A DNA stretch of 64,000 nucleotides from Chiloscyllium plagiosum (lineage: Eukaryota). The stretch is taken from the NCBI RefSeq assembly GCF_004010195.1, contig NC_057750.1:1984929-2048928 (forward strand), given 5' to 3'. Each line of letters starts with the position of its first letter. Within the stretch, counting starts at the first letter, position 1. The notes below the pieces were generated by a model. The model did not search any database, had not been told where the DNA came from, and saw only the letters and a program-made list of their open reading frames with translations. The position numbers and the translations under genes are program-made. Positions 13,660-27,333 of this stretch are shown piece by piece.

Positions 13660-14900
13660 GCACCCAAGACATGGCAGACAGTAAATGCCATGCTTTGGTG
13701 ACAGACTCCTGAGGTTCTGGTGGATTTGATGACAAAGAGAAAGGCCACCCTCTTCCCTCCAGAAGGGGCAACCACTTCGTCAAACATTGTCACCTGTCTG
13801 AGGTTGCCACCTGGTTCAGTGCTGTTTTCATGGTCAAGAGGAGCACCCAGAAATGCAGAAAGAAGATCAGTTTCTCTGCTCTGCAACAGTGAGTGCCACC
13901 ATATTTTCTTTGCAACTTCACCAGTCCCTGTATCACTATTATTGCCCCAACCTCCGACCAAAGTTCATGTCTGCCATTCTAACTATAGCATGCAAATCTT
14001 CCCTCACTTGCTCTTAACCACCCAATCCCCCAGGCCCCAGACAATTAACCCAAATGGTCCCTGTGCTGCCTACTTAATCACTTGAGACAGCTTACCATCT
14101 TGCCCTCACCTGCACTAGCACTAATAGCTGTACAAGTCCCTTTCATGTTTCTCAATCCCTCCTTTTATTCTCTTCCAGAGAAAACTGGCCAAAATAGGGT
14201 GGATAGCCAATAAGAGTGATGGGGTGCCAAATAGTCAACTCCTCACCCCAAATGAGGTGAGGATCACAATTGTTCCTGTGATGATTTTGAAACCTCTATG
14301 TCGTGGCAATGAAGTCAGAATGATTGTCATTACTGGCTGCTCTCCCATTGCTGTTAATTTGAATGCATTTTTACTATGTCCAAACTTCTACCTCTTGTTT
14401 GTGACACATTCTGTCTTTTCTCTCCTCAAGATACAGTGGCACCTATACAGTCTATGATGTCAAGAGAGTGGTCCCATCTCCTCCTCCACATCTGAGGATG
14501 AAGCCACAGATTCTTCAGAGGTTGCACTGGCAAGGCTGCACCCTCCACCAATTCAGGTACTGACAGTTAGGTTGGCAGTTTAGCCAAATTAGAGTTGAGA
14601 GGACATCACTGCCATGTCTCAACAGCTGGTCAAAGAAGAAATGCCCTACATCACTGGCACCTAAAAGACAGATACCAGGCACCTCACCGCCCCATTCAGG
14701 AGAGAACTCTATGGTCTCAACAATGAAGAACATCATGGGACCCAGGACCAGTGGACAGGTTTGTTGGAGGAACTGGGCAAACTGGGGTAAAGGTTGGAGG
14801 ACTCCACCAATGCTGATTGCACCCTGCTGCCTCTATGCAGTTGTCTGGCTGCCTCCACGAACAGTTTGGTAGCTATCTTAGAGAGCCATGACAAACCTCA
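13660..14900 (+). mobile_element. Degenerate Harbinger-type Myb/SANT DNA-binding gene remnant
   Basis: Frameshifted peptides PCFGD/EVLVDLMTKRKATLFPPEG and KRSTQKCRKKI, donor GTGAGT at 13889, acceptor ttccAG at 14178, then RKLAK...SDGVPNSQLLTPNE. This resembles the Harbinger Myb-like 'QCRKK..DL...GGG....LTP.EE' pattern. The 3' boundary is uncertain. Confidence 0.6.
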
Positions 14901-15303
14901 TTCCCACAAACCTGCATTGCATCATTCTAGTCATTAGTTTTCAATACCAGTCAAAGGAGACAGGAAGATGAGGGACTTTGACAAAACTCCTTCTTCACAA
15001 AGAGACAGGGTTGTCCCCACAGACACCCAGCTCAAGGAGGAATCATAAACATGTGCCCCAGAAGTCTAATCTCAGGACACTCTAGAGCAATATTCCTGAT
15101 ATTTTTCATGCATAGACCTGACAAAAGCAATTGAGGTTTTGATCAACCAGAACCTAAATGGATGATGAAACAGGCTTGAGGGGCTGAATGATCAACTTGT
15201 TCTAATTGTTTCAAATGCAGTTTTGTTTCTTTCTGATTCTCGGCAGCATCTTGGGAACTTTTCTCTTCTTTAAAGATCGTGTTTGTTCTTGAGCAATAAT
15301 CTG

Positions 15304-16157
15304 TGTTATCATTCCAATCGATGTTATTACTGGACACGTCAGATCCCAAACTATCTGGCTTGATACACCTTTTTATTTTAAGAAGGTGGTCGTTCACTGA
15401 AACACCAGCACACAATGCTGCAGATTTGGTTTTAACAATAACCAATAGTTTATTATGCAAAAGAAATGTAAATAAAATAGAATAAACCAAATTTCTTACA
15501 CATAACATTGATTTAAAGATTTCAAACACATGATAAAAGTACAATCATTTAATTCCAACAGTGTTCCATTATAGTACTAAAACACCAGAGAGTATTTTCA
15601 ATCAAACTTATGTTTGATTTAGCTGTGGCTTCAGTTCTCTATTTTTAAACTCTGATACCTTCTTCCTGGAGCCTTCAAACAACTGAGCTTGCTTGACTTC
15701 AAATAACCCCTTCAGGGTTCTAACCAAACACATCTGTTCTGGAATCTTTAAACCCTTTACTTTGAGGTAACCTCTTTCTTAGTCCTAAAACAATCATTCC
15801 TTTTCTCAGGAGCAACTGTTTTACACATGCAATTTCAGCCAAGACTTCTGCAACCTGTCCCAAACTGAAATCCAAAAGTTTTATTTTTCCAAACTATTGG
15901 TTTCCCCTAACCTGGAAAAGAACAGTTCCAGAATCTTCTATTTGAAAGTCTCATTCACAACATTGTTTACTTTGTTTGCTTCTAAACTCTCCCAACCTAA
16001 ACAAATTTGAGTGCTCTCTAGGAAGATTCTCTCGAACACTACGTTTCAAAAAAAATCACCATGGCTACAGAGATATTCACAAATTAATCATTAAACCCCT
16101 TCAGGCACGAAAAACGTTTATGCCACTTGTTCAAAATTCAAAAATTCTATTGTAACA
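15304..16157 (-). mobile_element. Possible solo LTR
   Basis: About 850 bp bounded by TGTTA...TAACA, with a minus-strand AATAAA near 15450. No clear TSD. Confidence 0.3.
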
Positions 16158-16379
16158 CATATACATGACTCACCTTACTCCTTTGTTGTTATTAGTAACC
16201 AGATTACACACAGTAAAATCTCATGTCAGGCATGGAATAAATGAGCATTTTTCCTCCTGGAACATTTGTTTGTGAAATTAATATTATGTAAAACTCCTCA
16301 CTCTTCTTGTTAAAAAGTATTGGAGGGTAGTTTTAAATTTTACCCAAACATGGACATTGCTTTGATATCTATTGCTTTG

Positions 16380-19040
16380 ATTCACTGATGTCCTTCAGAG
16401 AAGGAAATCTGCCATCCTCACTTGGTCTGGCCCACAGCAATGTGATTGGGTCTCAACTGCCCTCTGAAATAGCCTAGCAAACCACTCGGTTGTATCAATT
16501 GCTACAAAGTTTCAAAGAAATGAAAGCTGGCATCAGCCTAGGCACTGGAAAAGAAAATGGCAGAAACAGCTCTGTTGACCCTGCAAAGTCCTCCTGACTA
16601 ACATCTTGGGACTAGTGCAAAATTGAGAGAGCTGTCTCACAGACTAGTCCGGCAGCAGCCTGATATAGTCAGACTCAAAGAATCTTACCTTAAAGGCATT
16701 GTCCCAGATGCTACTATCACTATCCCTGGATATGTCCTGTCCCACTGGCACGACCCACCCAGCAGAAGTGGCAGCACAGTGTGAAACAATCGGGAGGGAG
16801 ACAGAGTCATACAGCACGGAAACAGACCCTTCAGTCCAACTCATGTAGGCCAACCCAACATCTAAACTATTTGCCAGCACCTGACCCATATCCCTTTAAA
16901 CCCTTCCTATTCATAAACCCATCTAGATGCCTTTTAAATGTTGGAATTGTACTCACTTCCACCACTTCTTCTGGCAGCTTGTTCAAGACAAGCACCACCC
17001 TCTCTGTAAAAAAAGTTACACCTCAGCCTCTTTTTAAATCTTTCCTCACTCACCTTAAACCTGTGCCCTCGAGTTTTGGACTCCCTCACTCCAGGAAAAA
17101 GACCTTGGCTATTCACCCTATCCATGCCCCTCATGATTTTATAAACCTCTTTAAGGTCTCTGAATCTCCAGGGAAAAAAGGCCCAGCCTATTTGGCCTCT
17201 CCCTACAGCTCAAACCCTCCAAAGCCGGCAGCATCGTTGTCACTCTTTTGCCTTAGCTGTCCTCAACATTGACTCCTGACTCTATGAAGTCTCATGGGTT
17301 CAAGTTAAATATGGTTAAAAAAAACCCTTACTAATTACCACATACTGCCCTCCCTCGGTTGATGAATCAGTATTCGTCCACGTTGAACAAGCACTGAGGA
17401 AGCACTGAGAATGGCAAGGGTGTAAAATGTACTCTGGGTCGGGGATTTCACTGTCCACCACCAAGAGTGACTCAGCATCAGTACTACTGATTGTACTGGT
17501 CAAGTTGTAAAGGTTATAGCTGCAAGACTGTGTCTGCAGCAGGTGGTGAGGGAGTCATTAAGAGGAAAAAACATACTTGACCTCATCCTTACCAGTCTGC
17601 AGATGGATCTGTCCATGACAGTATTGGTAAGAGTGGCCACTGCACAGTCCTGTGTAGACAAAGTCCCTCCTTCTCATTGAAAATACTCTCCATCGTGTTG
17701 TGAGACACTACCACCATGCTAAATGGGTCGGGCTCCAAACAGGTCTTTCACTTCAAGATTGGGCATACACGAAGCACTGTGGGCCATCAGCAGCAGCAGA
17801 ATTGTACTCCAGCACCTGACCCATATCCTCATGGCCCAGCATATCCCCCACTCAACCATTACCATCAAGCCAGAGGATCAACCCTGACTCCATGGAGAGT
17901 ACAGGAGGGCATGCTAGGAGCAGCACCAGGCATATCTGAAAATGAGGTGTCTGCCTGGTGAAACTGCCAAACAGGACTACTTGCATCGCCAAACAGCATA
18001 AGCAGCAAGTGATAGACAGAGTTAAGTGATACCAAAACCAATGGATCAAACCTAAGGTCTGCAGTCGTGCCACATCTAGTCGTGAATGTTGGTAGACAAT
18101 TAAACAACTCACTGGAGGAGAAGGCTGCACAAATATGCCTATCCTCAATGATGGAAGAGCGCAGCACATCAGTGCAAAAGATCAGGCGAAAGCATTTGCA
18201 GCAAAGTTCAGCCAGAAGTTGGATGATCCATCTCGGCCTCCTCCAGTGGTTCCCAGCACCACAGATGCCAGTGAATTCAATTCACTCTATGTGATATCAA
18301 CTAATGGTTGGAAACACTGGATACTGCAAAGACTATGGGTTTTGACAACACTTTGGCAATAGTACTGAAAACTTGTGTTCCAGAACTTGCTACTCCCTGA
18401 GCCAAACTCTATCGATACAGTCACAACACCAGCATCTACCTGACTATTGCCCAGAAGTGTCCTGTACATAAAGTGCAGGACAAATCCAATCCAGTCAATT
18501 ACTGCCCCATCAATCTATTGCTGATCATCAGTAAAGTGATGATATCACCAACAGTGCTATCAAGCAGCACCTGCTCTTGAAAAACCTGCTCAGTGACGTC
18601 CAGTTTGGGTTCTACAAGGGCCACTCAGCTCCTGACCTCATTGCAGCCTTGGTTCAAATATGGACAAAAGAGCTGAATTCCAGAGTTGAGGTGAGAGTGA
18701 GAGATCAAGGCTGCATTCGACTGTGTGTGGCATCAAGGAGCCTGAGCAAAACTAGAATTAATGGGTGTCAGAGGCAAACTTTCTGCTGGTTCGGTTCATA
18801 CCTGATACACAGGAAGCTGATTGTGGTTGTTAGAGATCAGTCATTTCAGCTCCAGGAGTCTCTGCAGGAGTTCCTCAGGATAGTGTCCTAGGCCCAACCA
18901 CCTTCAGCTGTTTCATCAATAACCTTCCTGCCATCATAAGATCAGAAGCGGGGATATATGCTGAAGATTGCACAATGTTGAGCACCATTTGCAACTCTTC
19001 AGATACTGAAGCAGTCCATGTTCAAATGCAGCAAGATCAA
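16380..19040 (+). mobile_element. Older non-LTR retrotransposon (APE-RT, L2/CR1 group), degenerate, with nested CR1
   Basis: ILDLILTSL (APE), NPVNYCPINLL, QFGFYKGHSAPDL, AGVPQDSVLGP...FINNL and YAEDC (degenerate YADD). Confidence 0.85.
16800..17250 (-). mobile_element. CR1 3' fragment nested in the older LINE
   Basis: MRGMDRVNSQGLFP...TRGHRFKV plus a CR1 tail. Confidence 0.9.
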
Positions 19041-19099
19041 GATCAAAAAGACAACAGTTCTGCTATTGTAACACCTGCTCAGTGGTGCATTGAGATCAG

Positions 19100-19500
19100 T
19101 AGATATTATGCACTGTCCTGGAGTGGGACTTGAATCCACAACCTTCTGACTGTGAGGGGAAGGTGCTTCCCACTGAGGAAAGCTGGCAACTCACACTGAG
19201 TGTATAGTGGGACATAAATTTGGTGTACAGATGTGGCTTTACTATCCAGTATTCCTTTAATTGTGATTCAGTGCAGAAAAGAAAAGAAAAATTTGTCTTC
19301 ATATATAATGTCCCAAAGCATTTCACGGGCGACTAAGTACTTGTTCCAGGTAGTCATTGTTGTAATGCGGAAGCACAGCAGTCAATTTATGCACAGTAAG
19401 CTCCCAAAATCGTATTGTGATAATGACCAGATAATCCGATTTTAGAGATGTTAGTTGAAGGGTAAATGCTGCCAGAGACAGCAGGGAAACTCCTGTATCT
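19100..19500 (-). mobile_element. Deu-domain tRNA-derived SINE (SacSINE1-like) remnant
   Basis: B-box-like gtgggacttgaatccacaaccttctgac and Deu tail caatttatgcacagtaagctcccaaaa...tgataatgaccagataatc. Confidence 0.6.
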
Positions 19501-19629
19501 TTATACGCAGGGAAGCATTGTTTGAACTAGTGACATTCTGCAAGAGTCTGTGAATCTAAAAGATGCAAAACTTGTTTACACAGCAAGGGTCTGGAGCTGG
19601 TCTCCAGAAATGATTATTTTGACTTTATG

Positions 19630-20045
19630 ACTGAAAATAACAAATGCTGGACTTTACAGCAGGTCATGCAACATCCATGGAGAGAGAGCAAGCTAATGTT
19701 TCAAATCCAGATATCTGTTCATCAAAGCTGAAGTAAAGTGTGGAGGGGTTAGCATTTATGCAATTGATGGAGTGAGTGGGATGTGTGGGAGTAGGTCGTG
19801 TAGAGTACGCTATAGTTTGGGGATGTGTGGAGTTAGTGAATGTACGGTCCACTTTAGTTGAGTGGGTGGAGTTTTTAGGGGTAGTTGGACTATAGCATAA
19901 ATGTTGTTCCTTTCACACTTCACTTCAGCTCTGAGGAAGAGACATCTGGATTTAAATCAGAGGCTTGCTCTCTGTCCTTGGATGCTGCCAGATCTCCAGC
20001 ATTTGTTGTTTCCAGTACAGATTCCCTACAAGTCTGCAGTAATTT
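19630..20045. mobile_element. Older Penelope-like pLTR pair in inverted orientation
   Basis: 19630-19750 is a diverged reverse complement of 19910-20015, and both arms carry degenerate hammerhead-like cores. Confidence 0.6.
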
Positions 20046-22505
20046 GTTCCTACGTTTTGATTTTATTTTTGGTTAGTTTGCGAGCCATCTGCCAAACATT
20101 AATTTATTTTGTAAGTCACAGGTAATATATAGTATAATTGTGATCTCAGTTGCAATTCTTGCATTGGGAATTTAATCCCAGAATCACTGTGTTGATATGC
20201 ATGTCAAAATCTTTTATAACTCACAGTTAAGAGGGAAGCCCAACAGTATCCACAGACCCAACATAAAAGCAGTGTCAGTCTGAAGAACCCTCAAATCCTT
20301 TGCTTGATGCTATCAGTCTGAAACAAGAGAGCATATCCTTAAAACCGAGCCCAGGTATTCAAAACTGAACACTTTTCTATGCAAAGATTGGGAGCAGTTT
20401 GGAACTGACTCCTACAAAAGCTCTCATGCTAGCTCAATTAACTATTTTGAATTCTAGGACTAATGGAGCTTTTATCACCAAACCTATTAAAGGATATGGA
20501 ACCATAATCTCATTGAATGGTGGAAAAGGCTCAGTGATGTGCTGTTATTTCTTATAGATACAAGTATGGCATATAAATACAGTAAAATGCCTCATAGTGA
20601 TGTGTCACTTGGGCTATTTTACAAACATTGTAGTTTGGAACTTTGGATAGTAATGGTAGAGGTTCCAACTTTCTTTCCATCTGTTTTGCTCATATCTTAC
20701 ATAACCAACCCATTTATGTGTATTATGAATGGACCTTGCCTGACCATCAAAGATCCAGAGCTTCTATCTCAGAACCAGGGGTCTTGCCTAATTACTGCAG
20801 ACCACCATAGTAACGTATTGGAAGAGAGAATGTGAATAGAGGAAGTGTTGCCATCAGCCGGTATGCCCTGGTATTAGTGCAGCCATGGCTTCTCCTCTCC
20901 TTGACACCTTTGCTGCAGTAGCAGACATCATTAATAAGAAACTGTCAAGTTGAAACCAATAGGAAAAATATGAAAAGGTATCTTTACTTAGCAAAGCTGA
21001 TAGTATGAATCAAGAGTCTTGTAGCAGCAAGTTAAGTCACCGATAGCTCCCTCCACCTTTGCAATTTGGTTATGTCAATTAAGAGAGTCGCATCATGCAA
21101 TATCATAGAAATTAAAATGATAGCTGAACCATAGAAGGTGGACCACTTAAGTGATGGTGGACACTCTTGTTGATTTTTGCAACCAATAGTGCAGAGAAAT
21201 GGACCCAGAATCCTAGCACTGATGTCTGTCCATGTCACAGTTAGTGTGTATATATCTGGTCCAGAGTGATTACACATAGTTAATTAAACTCAAGGTCAGA
21301 CAGCACTTGTTTGAGTATTGTTTGAGTAAATCTTCCTTAATCCGAAAAGTAACTACAGAGATATTGGATGCTTTGGTTGTAATTTTCCAAAAATCCTGGG
21401 ATTCTGGAGAATTACTCGAATGATAGGAAAACTGCCAATGTAAAACCCAACACTGAATCTTCCAGGTGGGCTTCGTACTCCAAATGGAAAGGAAATAAAC
21501 GATTGAACTTGAACGAATAAACATGAGCTCATTACTGAAAGAAACCACTCCAATTCAAAATGAGAGGGTGGCAAAAAGTGTGCAACTAAAGCGAAAGGCC
21601 AATTAGTCTAACATCTATTATTGGATTTAATTATTAAAGGAATCATGTTTGATGAATATATTAGGGTTTTTGAGGAAATCTCAAACAGAGTGGAAAAAGA
21701 GGAACCAGTAGATATGTTGTGTTGGGACTTTCAGTAGGCTCTTGACAATTTACCTCACAAAAGGTGAAGTCATAAGAACCCATTGTGGTGGAAGTAGTAT
21801 AATGGCATAGGCAGAGATTTGGCGAATGGGCAGGAAGCAGCAAGTGGGATAAGGGGTCCTTTTTCTGCTTGGTGACCCTTGACCAGTTGGATTCCACAGG
21901 GATCAGTGCTGGGATCACAACTGTTTACTATATATTAGTGACTTATTGAGTTATTTATTGTCATATATATCCAGAATGATACTGTGAAAAGTGTTTTGTT
22001 GCCACATTCCATTGTCATTTTGAGTTACAAGAATAAAAAGAAATTACACAAATAGAGTTCATCTTCTGTACAAAGGGACTTCACATACAGCTCCAGGGCT
22101 TCTGCAACATGTCCCTGACCTCAAGGAGTCCCCATTCTGGGTACAGCAGTGATAACCCCACCAGGAGTCCATGGAAAGGAAGAAAATGTACTGTAGCCAA
22201 ATTTGCAGATGACGCAAAAATAGGTGGACAGGCAAGTTGCAAGAGTGATATAAACAGTTTACAGAGAGATACTGATAGCTAAAGTAAGTTGGCAAATGGT
22301 GTACAATATGGGAAAATGTGAAGTTGTTCATTTTGGAAAGGAGAACAAAAGAACAGTTTTTTAAATGGAGGGAAGTTGTAACACAAGGTGATTTGGGAGT
22401 ATTTGTGCGTGAAACACAGAAAACTGGCACACAGGTGCAGCAGTTTATCAAGAAGACTAATGGAAAGTTTCAAGGGAGTTCATGTAAAAGAATAAGGAAG
22501 TCATT

Positions 22506-23660
22506 TGGGCGGCACAGTGGCTCAGCGGTTAGCACTCTGGTGTCACAGTCAGACCTGGGTTCAATTCCGGCCTCAGGTGACTGTGTGGAGTTTGGCGGGC
22601 ACATTCTCCCTGTGTCTGCGTGGGTTTCCTCCGGGTGCTCTGGTCTCCTCCCATAGTTCAAAGATGCGCAGGCTAGTTGGTTTGAACATAGAACATTACA
22701 GCGCAGAACAGGCCCTTCGGCCCTCGATGTTGTGCTGATCTGTGAAACCAATTTGAAGCCCATCTAAGCCACACTATTCCATTTTCATCCATATGCCTAT
22801 CCAATGACCATTTGAATGCCCTTAAACTTGGCAAGTCTACTACCTTTGCACGCAGTGTGTTCCATGCTACTACTACTCTGAGTAAAGAAACTACCCCTGG
22901 CATCTGTCCTATGTCTATCACCCTTAATTTAAAGCTATGCCCCCTCGTACTAGCTACCACCATCCAAGGAAAAAGGCTCTCACTGTCCACCCTATCTAAT
23001 CCTCTGATTATCTTATATGTCTCAATTAAGTTACCTCTCAACCTTCTCTCCAATGAAAACAGCCTCAGGTCCCTCAGCCTCAAGTCCCTCAGATTTTCCT
23101 TGTAAGACCTTCCCTCCATACCAGACAACATCCTAGTAAATCTCCTCTGAACCCTTTCCAAACCTTCCACATCTTTTCTATAATGCGGTGACCAGAACTG
23201 CACACAATATTCCAAATGTGGCCGCACCAGAGTTTTGTATAGCTGCAGCATGACATCATGGTTCTGAAACTCAGTCCCTCCACTAATAAAAGCTGACACA
23301 CTGTGTGCCTTCTTAACAGCCTGGGTGGCAACTTTTAGGGACCTATGCACATGGACACTGAGATCCCTCTGCTTATCTACACTACTAAGAAATCTTACCA
23401 TTAGCCCAGTACTCTGTGTTCCTGTTGCTCCTGCTAAAGTGAATCACCTCACACTTTACCACACTAAACTCCATTTGCCACCTCTCAACCCAGTTCTGCA
23501 ACTTATCTGGCTGTGCTACATTGCCCATAGTGTCCAAAGATGTGCAGGCTAGGTGGATTAGCCATGGAAAATACAGGATCTGGTTTGGATACTCTTTGGA
23601 GTGTCAGTGTGGACTTGATGGGCCAAATGGCCTGTTTCCACACTGTAGAGATTCTATGAT
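22506..23660 (+). mobile_element. HE1 SINE split by a CR1 insertion (halves 22506-22680 and ~23509-23660)
   Basis: A box gtggctcagcggttagc and B box ggttcaattcc. The body resumes after the CR1 with attgcccatagtgtccaaagatgtgcagg. Confidence 0.85.
22683..23508 (-). mobile_element. CR1 3' fragment (ORF2 C-terminus)
   Basis: 242-aa ORF with LYKTLVRPHLEYCVQFWSP and STRGHSFKL. Confidence 0.95.
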
Positions 23661-24460
23661 TCTGCAACTGTACAAGGTGCTAGTGAGACCGCATCTGGAG
23701 TGTGTGAGCAGCTTTTGTCCCCTTATTGAAGGAAAGATATTATGTTAATTGAGGCAGTTCAGAGAAAGTTCACTCAGATGATCCCCTGGCATTGAGGGAT
23801 TATCTTATGAGCAAAGGCTAAACAGGTTGAACTCTACTCACTGGTGTTCAGAAGAATGTGAAGTGATCTCATTGATTGTTAAGGGGCTTGACAAGGTAAA
23901 TGCTGAAACTATGTTTCCCCTCATGGGAGAGTTGAGGACCAGAGAGCACAATCTCAGAATAAAGGGGCACCAATGTAAGACTGAGCTGAAGAGAATTTTC
24001 TTTTTTCAGAGGGTTGTGACTCTTTGGAACTCCTTGCCACAAAGAGCTCTGCGGAAGATTCCTTGTGTCTCGATAAAGCTAAGGTAGATTTGTGATTAGC
24101 TAGGGTATCAAGGGTTACATGTAACGGGCAGGAAATTGATATGAGGAATTTCAGATGAGTCGCAATCCAAATGAGTGGCGGAGCAGACTTGAAAGGCTGA
24201 ACAGTCTCCTCCTGTTCCTATTTCTTATGTTCTTAATGAACAGAGCTCCATATGTGCAAAAGATTTTTATGTGCTGTATTAGACCTGGATTCACAAGCAT
24301 ACTTATTCTCCTGAAGTAATGTCCAGTGAAGAAAAGTTTCGCAATTTCAATGCCATTTTTTGTAGTTTCTTCACAGCAGAAAATTAACACAAATGTATCT
24401 ACTACCTTATTAGCCACCTTTGTTTAAGACCCACCAGTGTGGGTAAATGGATATTGGGTC

Positions 24461-25553
24461 TACAGAGGAACCTCGATTATCCGAACGAGATGGGAGGGCA
24501 CTATTTCATTTGGATAATTGATTATTCAGTTAATCAATTCAGTGCCTTTCCTCTGGGGCTTGGAGTTTTCTGTAAAATCTGCTCCCTGTTCAGGAGATAA
24601 GGCAGCATCACAGAGTGCCCGAGACCCCCTCTCCCCAACACTGTTCAACACACTGACCCGCGCACCCCCAAACCCCTCCAACACCGGCCCCCGCCCACCC
24701 CAAAACCCTTCCAACACCGACCCCCCCCCCAACCCTGTTCAACACACTGACCCGTGCACCCCCAAACCCCTCCACNNNNNNNNNNNNNNNNNNNNNNNNN
24801 NNNNNNNNNNNNNNNNNNNNNNNNNNNNNNNNNNNNNNNNNNNNNNNNNNNNNNNNNNNNNNNNNNNNNNNNNNNNNNNNNNNNNNNNNNNNNNNNNNNN
24901 NNNNNNNNNNNNNNNNNNNNNNNNNNNNNNNNNNNNNNNNNNNNNNNNNNNNNNNNNNNNNNNNNNNNNNNNNNNNNNNNNNNNNNNNNNNNNNNNNNNN
25001 NNNNNNNNNNNNNNNNNNNNNNNNNNNNNNNNNNNNNNNNNNNNNNNNNNNNNNNNNNNNNNNNNNNNNNNNNNNCCCCCCAAACCTCGTCCGACACTGC
25101 CCCTGCCCGCCCCCTCTCCAGGGCAGCCAGACTGAACACCAACAACAAAATTGCTACTGCTGCTACTACTGCTTTTTGGGAGTGAGTCTCCAAATAGCAC
25201 GTGCACAGACACACACAATGTTTTACTGCAACCTTTTGACAGATTCCACCTTTGCTCTGTACAGGACAATGTTAGAGAGATTAGCTGGGGAAGGGGAGTT
25301 TAGAGTACACCCCTGTGTAGAACTCCAGGGAAAGTGTGGGAAGAGAGAGGGCGAGAGGTCAGTCATTTAGAGACATGCCTGCGCTCCCATAAGGACTGTT
25401 CTCAGCAGCACTTTTAATCACTGTAAACAAAAGACGCGATCAGTGTTGGACACACATCTTTGATGTAATGTTTCTGCCGGGACCTCAAGATCTCCTTCAG
25501 ATAATCTGATGTTTGGATAATTGGTATTTGGATAATTGAGGTTCCCCCATGTA
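24461..25553. mobile_element. Non-autonomous Tigger/pogo-like element (MITE) containing a C-rich tandem repeat and a 300-N gap (24776-25075)
   Basis: Left end TA|CAGAGGAACCTCGATTATCCGAA. The right end reverse-complements to TACATGGGGGAACCTCAATTATCCAAA. Confidence 0.7.
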
Positions 25554-25584
25554 TACTGTAAATGGTTAGTCTGAATTTTCAGGG

Positions 25585-25950
25585 AGGAGACAGTGAGGTC
25601 TGCGGATGCTGGAGATCAGAGTTGAGTCTACGTTGCTGGAAAAGCACAGAAGCTCAGGCAGCTTCCGAGGAGCAGGAAAATCGACGTTTTGGGCCGGAGC
25701 CTTTCATCAGGAATGTGGCTGGGACCCTCAGGGGTGTGGTGATAAATGGCAGGAGGTGAGGCTGTGATGAATGTAGCTGAGAGTGCAATAGGTGGATGAA
25801 GGTGAGGGTAATAGTGATAGGTTGGAGGGCAGGGTGGAGTAGATAGGTGGCAGGAAGATGGACAGGAAGGACAGGTTTTGAAGGCAGTGCTGAGCTGGAA
25901 AGTTGGAACTGGGATAAGGTGGGGGGAGGGGAAATGAGGAAACTGGTGCA
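25585..25950 (-). mobile_element. Penelope-like (Neptune-type) 3' end/pLTR with mutated hammerhead
   Basis: The minus strand reads ctgatga-aaggctccggccc-aaaacgtcga (GAAA changed to AAAA) followed by the pLTR tail. Confidence 0.8.
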
Positions 25951-26680
25951 AGGGACATTGGTTAGGTCATTTTTGAAATATTGCATGTATTCTGGTCTCC
26001 TTCCTGTTGGAAAGGGTTCAGAAGAGATTTACAAGGATGTTACCAGGTTTGGAGGATTTGAGTGATAGGGAGAAGTTGAACAGGCTGGGGTTGTTTTCCC
26101 TGGAGCATCAGAGGCTGAAGTGACCTTATAGAGGTTTACAAAATCATGAGGGGCATAAATAGGCTAAATAGACAAGGTAATTTCCCTGGGGTGGGGGAGT
26201 CCAGAACTAGAAGGCATAGGTTTAGGGTGAGAGGGGAAAGATGGGAAAGAGACCTAAGGGGCAACTTTTTCACACAAAGAGAGGTGTATGTATGGAATGA
26301 GCTGCCAGGGGAAGTGATGGAGGGTGGTACAATCACACCATTTCAAAGTCATCTGGATTAGCATATGCATAGGAAGGGTTTAGAGAAATATGAGATGGAA
26401 ATGTGTTGCTGGAGAAGCAAACCTGGTAACATCCTTCTTCAGGAAGGGCTAATGCCCGAAACATCGATTCTCCTGTTCCCTAGATGCTGCCTGACCTGCT
26501 GCGCTTCTCCAGCAACACATTTCCATCTCTGATCTCCAGCATCTGCAGACCTCATTTTCTCTTTAGAGAAATATGAGCCAAGTGCTGGCAAACAGGACTA
26601 GATAATGTTAGGATTTCTGGTCAGCATGATCAAGTTGAACCGAAAGGGTCTCATTCCGTGCTGTACAGCTCTATGACGTT
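25950..26680 (+). mobile_element. CR1 3' fragment containing a Penelope fold-back insertion
   Basis: MRGINRLNRQGNFPGVGESRTRRHRF plus a CR1 tail. Confidence 0.9.
26395..26561 (+). mobile_element. Penelope pLTR fold-back insertion with 16-bp TSD
   Basis: TSD tttagagaaatatgag at 26379-26394 and 26562-26577. The inverted arm gagatggaaatgtgttgctggagaagc pairs with gcttctccagcaacacatttccatctc. Confidence 0.9.
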
Positions 26681-27333
26681 AAAGCATAATTCTCTATGCC
26701 TACAATCACAGCATTTTGAATGAGACCAAGAGTGACCAATATTTATCAATCTCTCTCTCACACAGATTTATTTTGGTACATCACGTAAGCTTGGTGGGTG
26801 CTGCTTTGCCTGCTTTACAATACTGACAACATTGCAAAAGTACTTAATAAATGTAAACTTCTTTGGAATGTCTGTTGCTGCAGAAATACAAGTCTTTGTT
26901 ATGCAATTTATTACGTTAAGTGCGTTAATATGTCTGAACACTAAATATAGACACCTTTACAGGAGCACATTTTCCTGCTTATTTAATGAAGATGTAGTAT
27001 GCCTGATTCTGGTAGGGAAACAGGAAGCTACATGACTTGTCTCATTTATCAAAGCAGCAACCTCCTTGTTCCGTTCTTATCTCTTTATACTTGAGAGAAC
27101 CTACTACAACCCAATCCTTGGACACTCACAGATTCAAAAGCAGCCAATGAAGGTTGGTGTCATTTTCCCCGGACCTCCCACCTCCTTATGGATAATTAAT
27201 AAGGGAACGTCCTTCAGGTAACAATCCAATTAAATCTGTGGGTCACCCCTGAGACCGCGCCCCATTGAGTGACGCTATCACGAGTATTGTCCAATGAAAA
27301 TTGGATGTCAGTCCTTTGGCCCAGCAGCCTATC

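Larger units (their letters stand above)
21340..24235 (+). mobile_element. Degenerate CR1 LINE hosting a nested HE1 SINE and a second CR1
   Basis: KFADD-like aaatttgcagatgac at ~22200, LYKVLVRPHLE at ~23670 and a 3' tail at ~24230. Confidence 0.8.

Noticed and set aside
26766..26784. 19-nt micro-exon-like cacAG|atttattttggtacatcac|GTaagc
   Set aside because: Only splice motifs are present, with no partner exons or reading-frame support.
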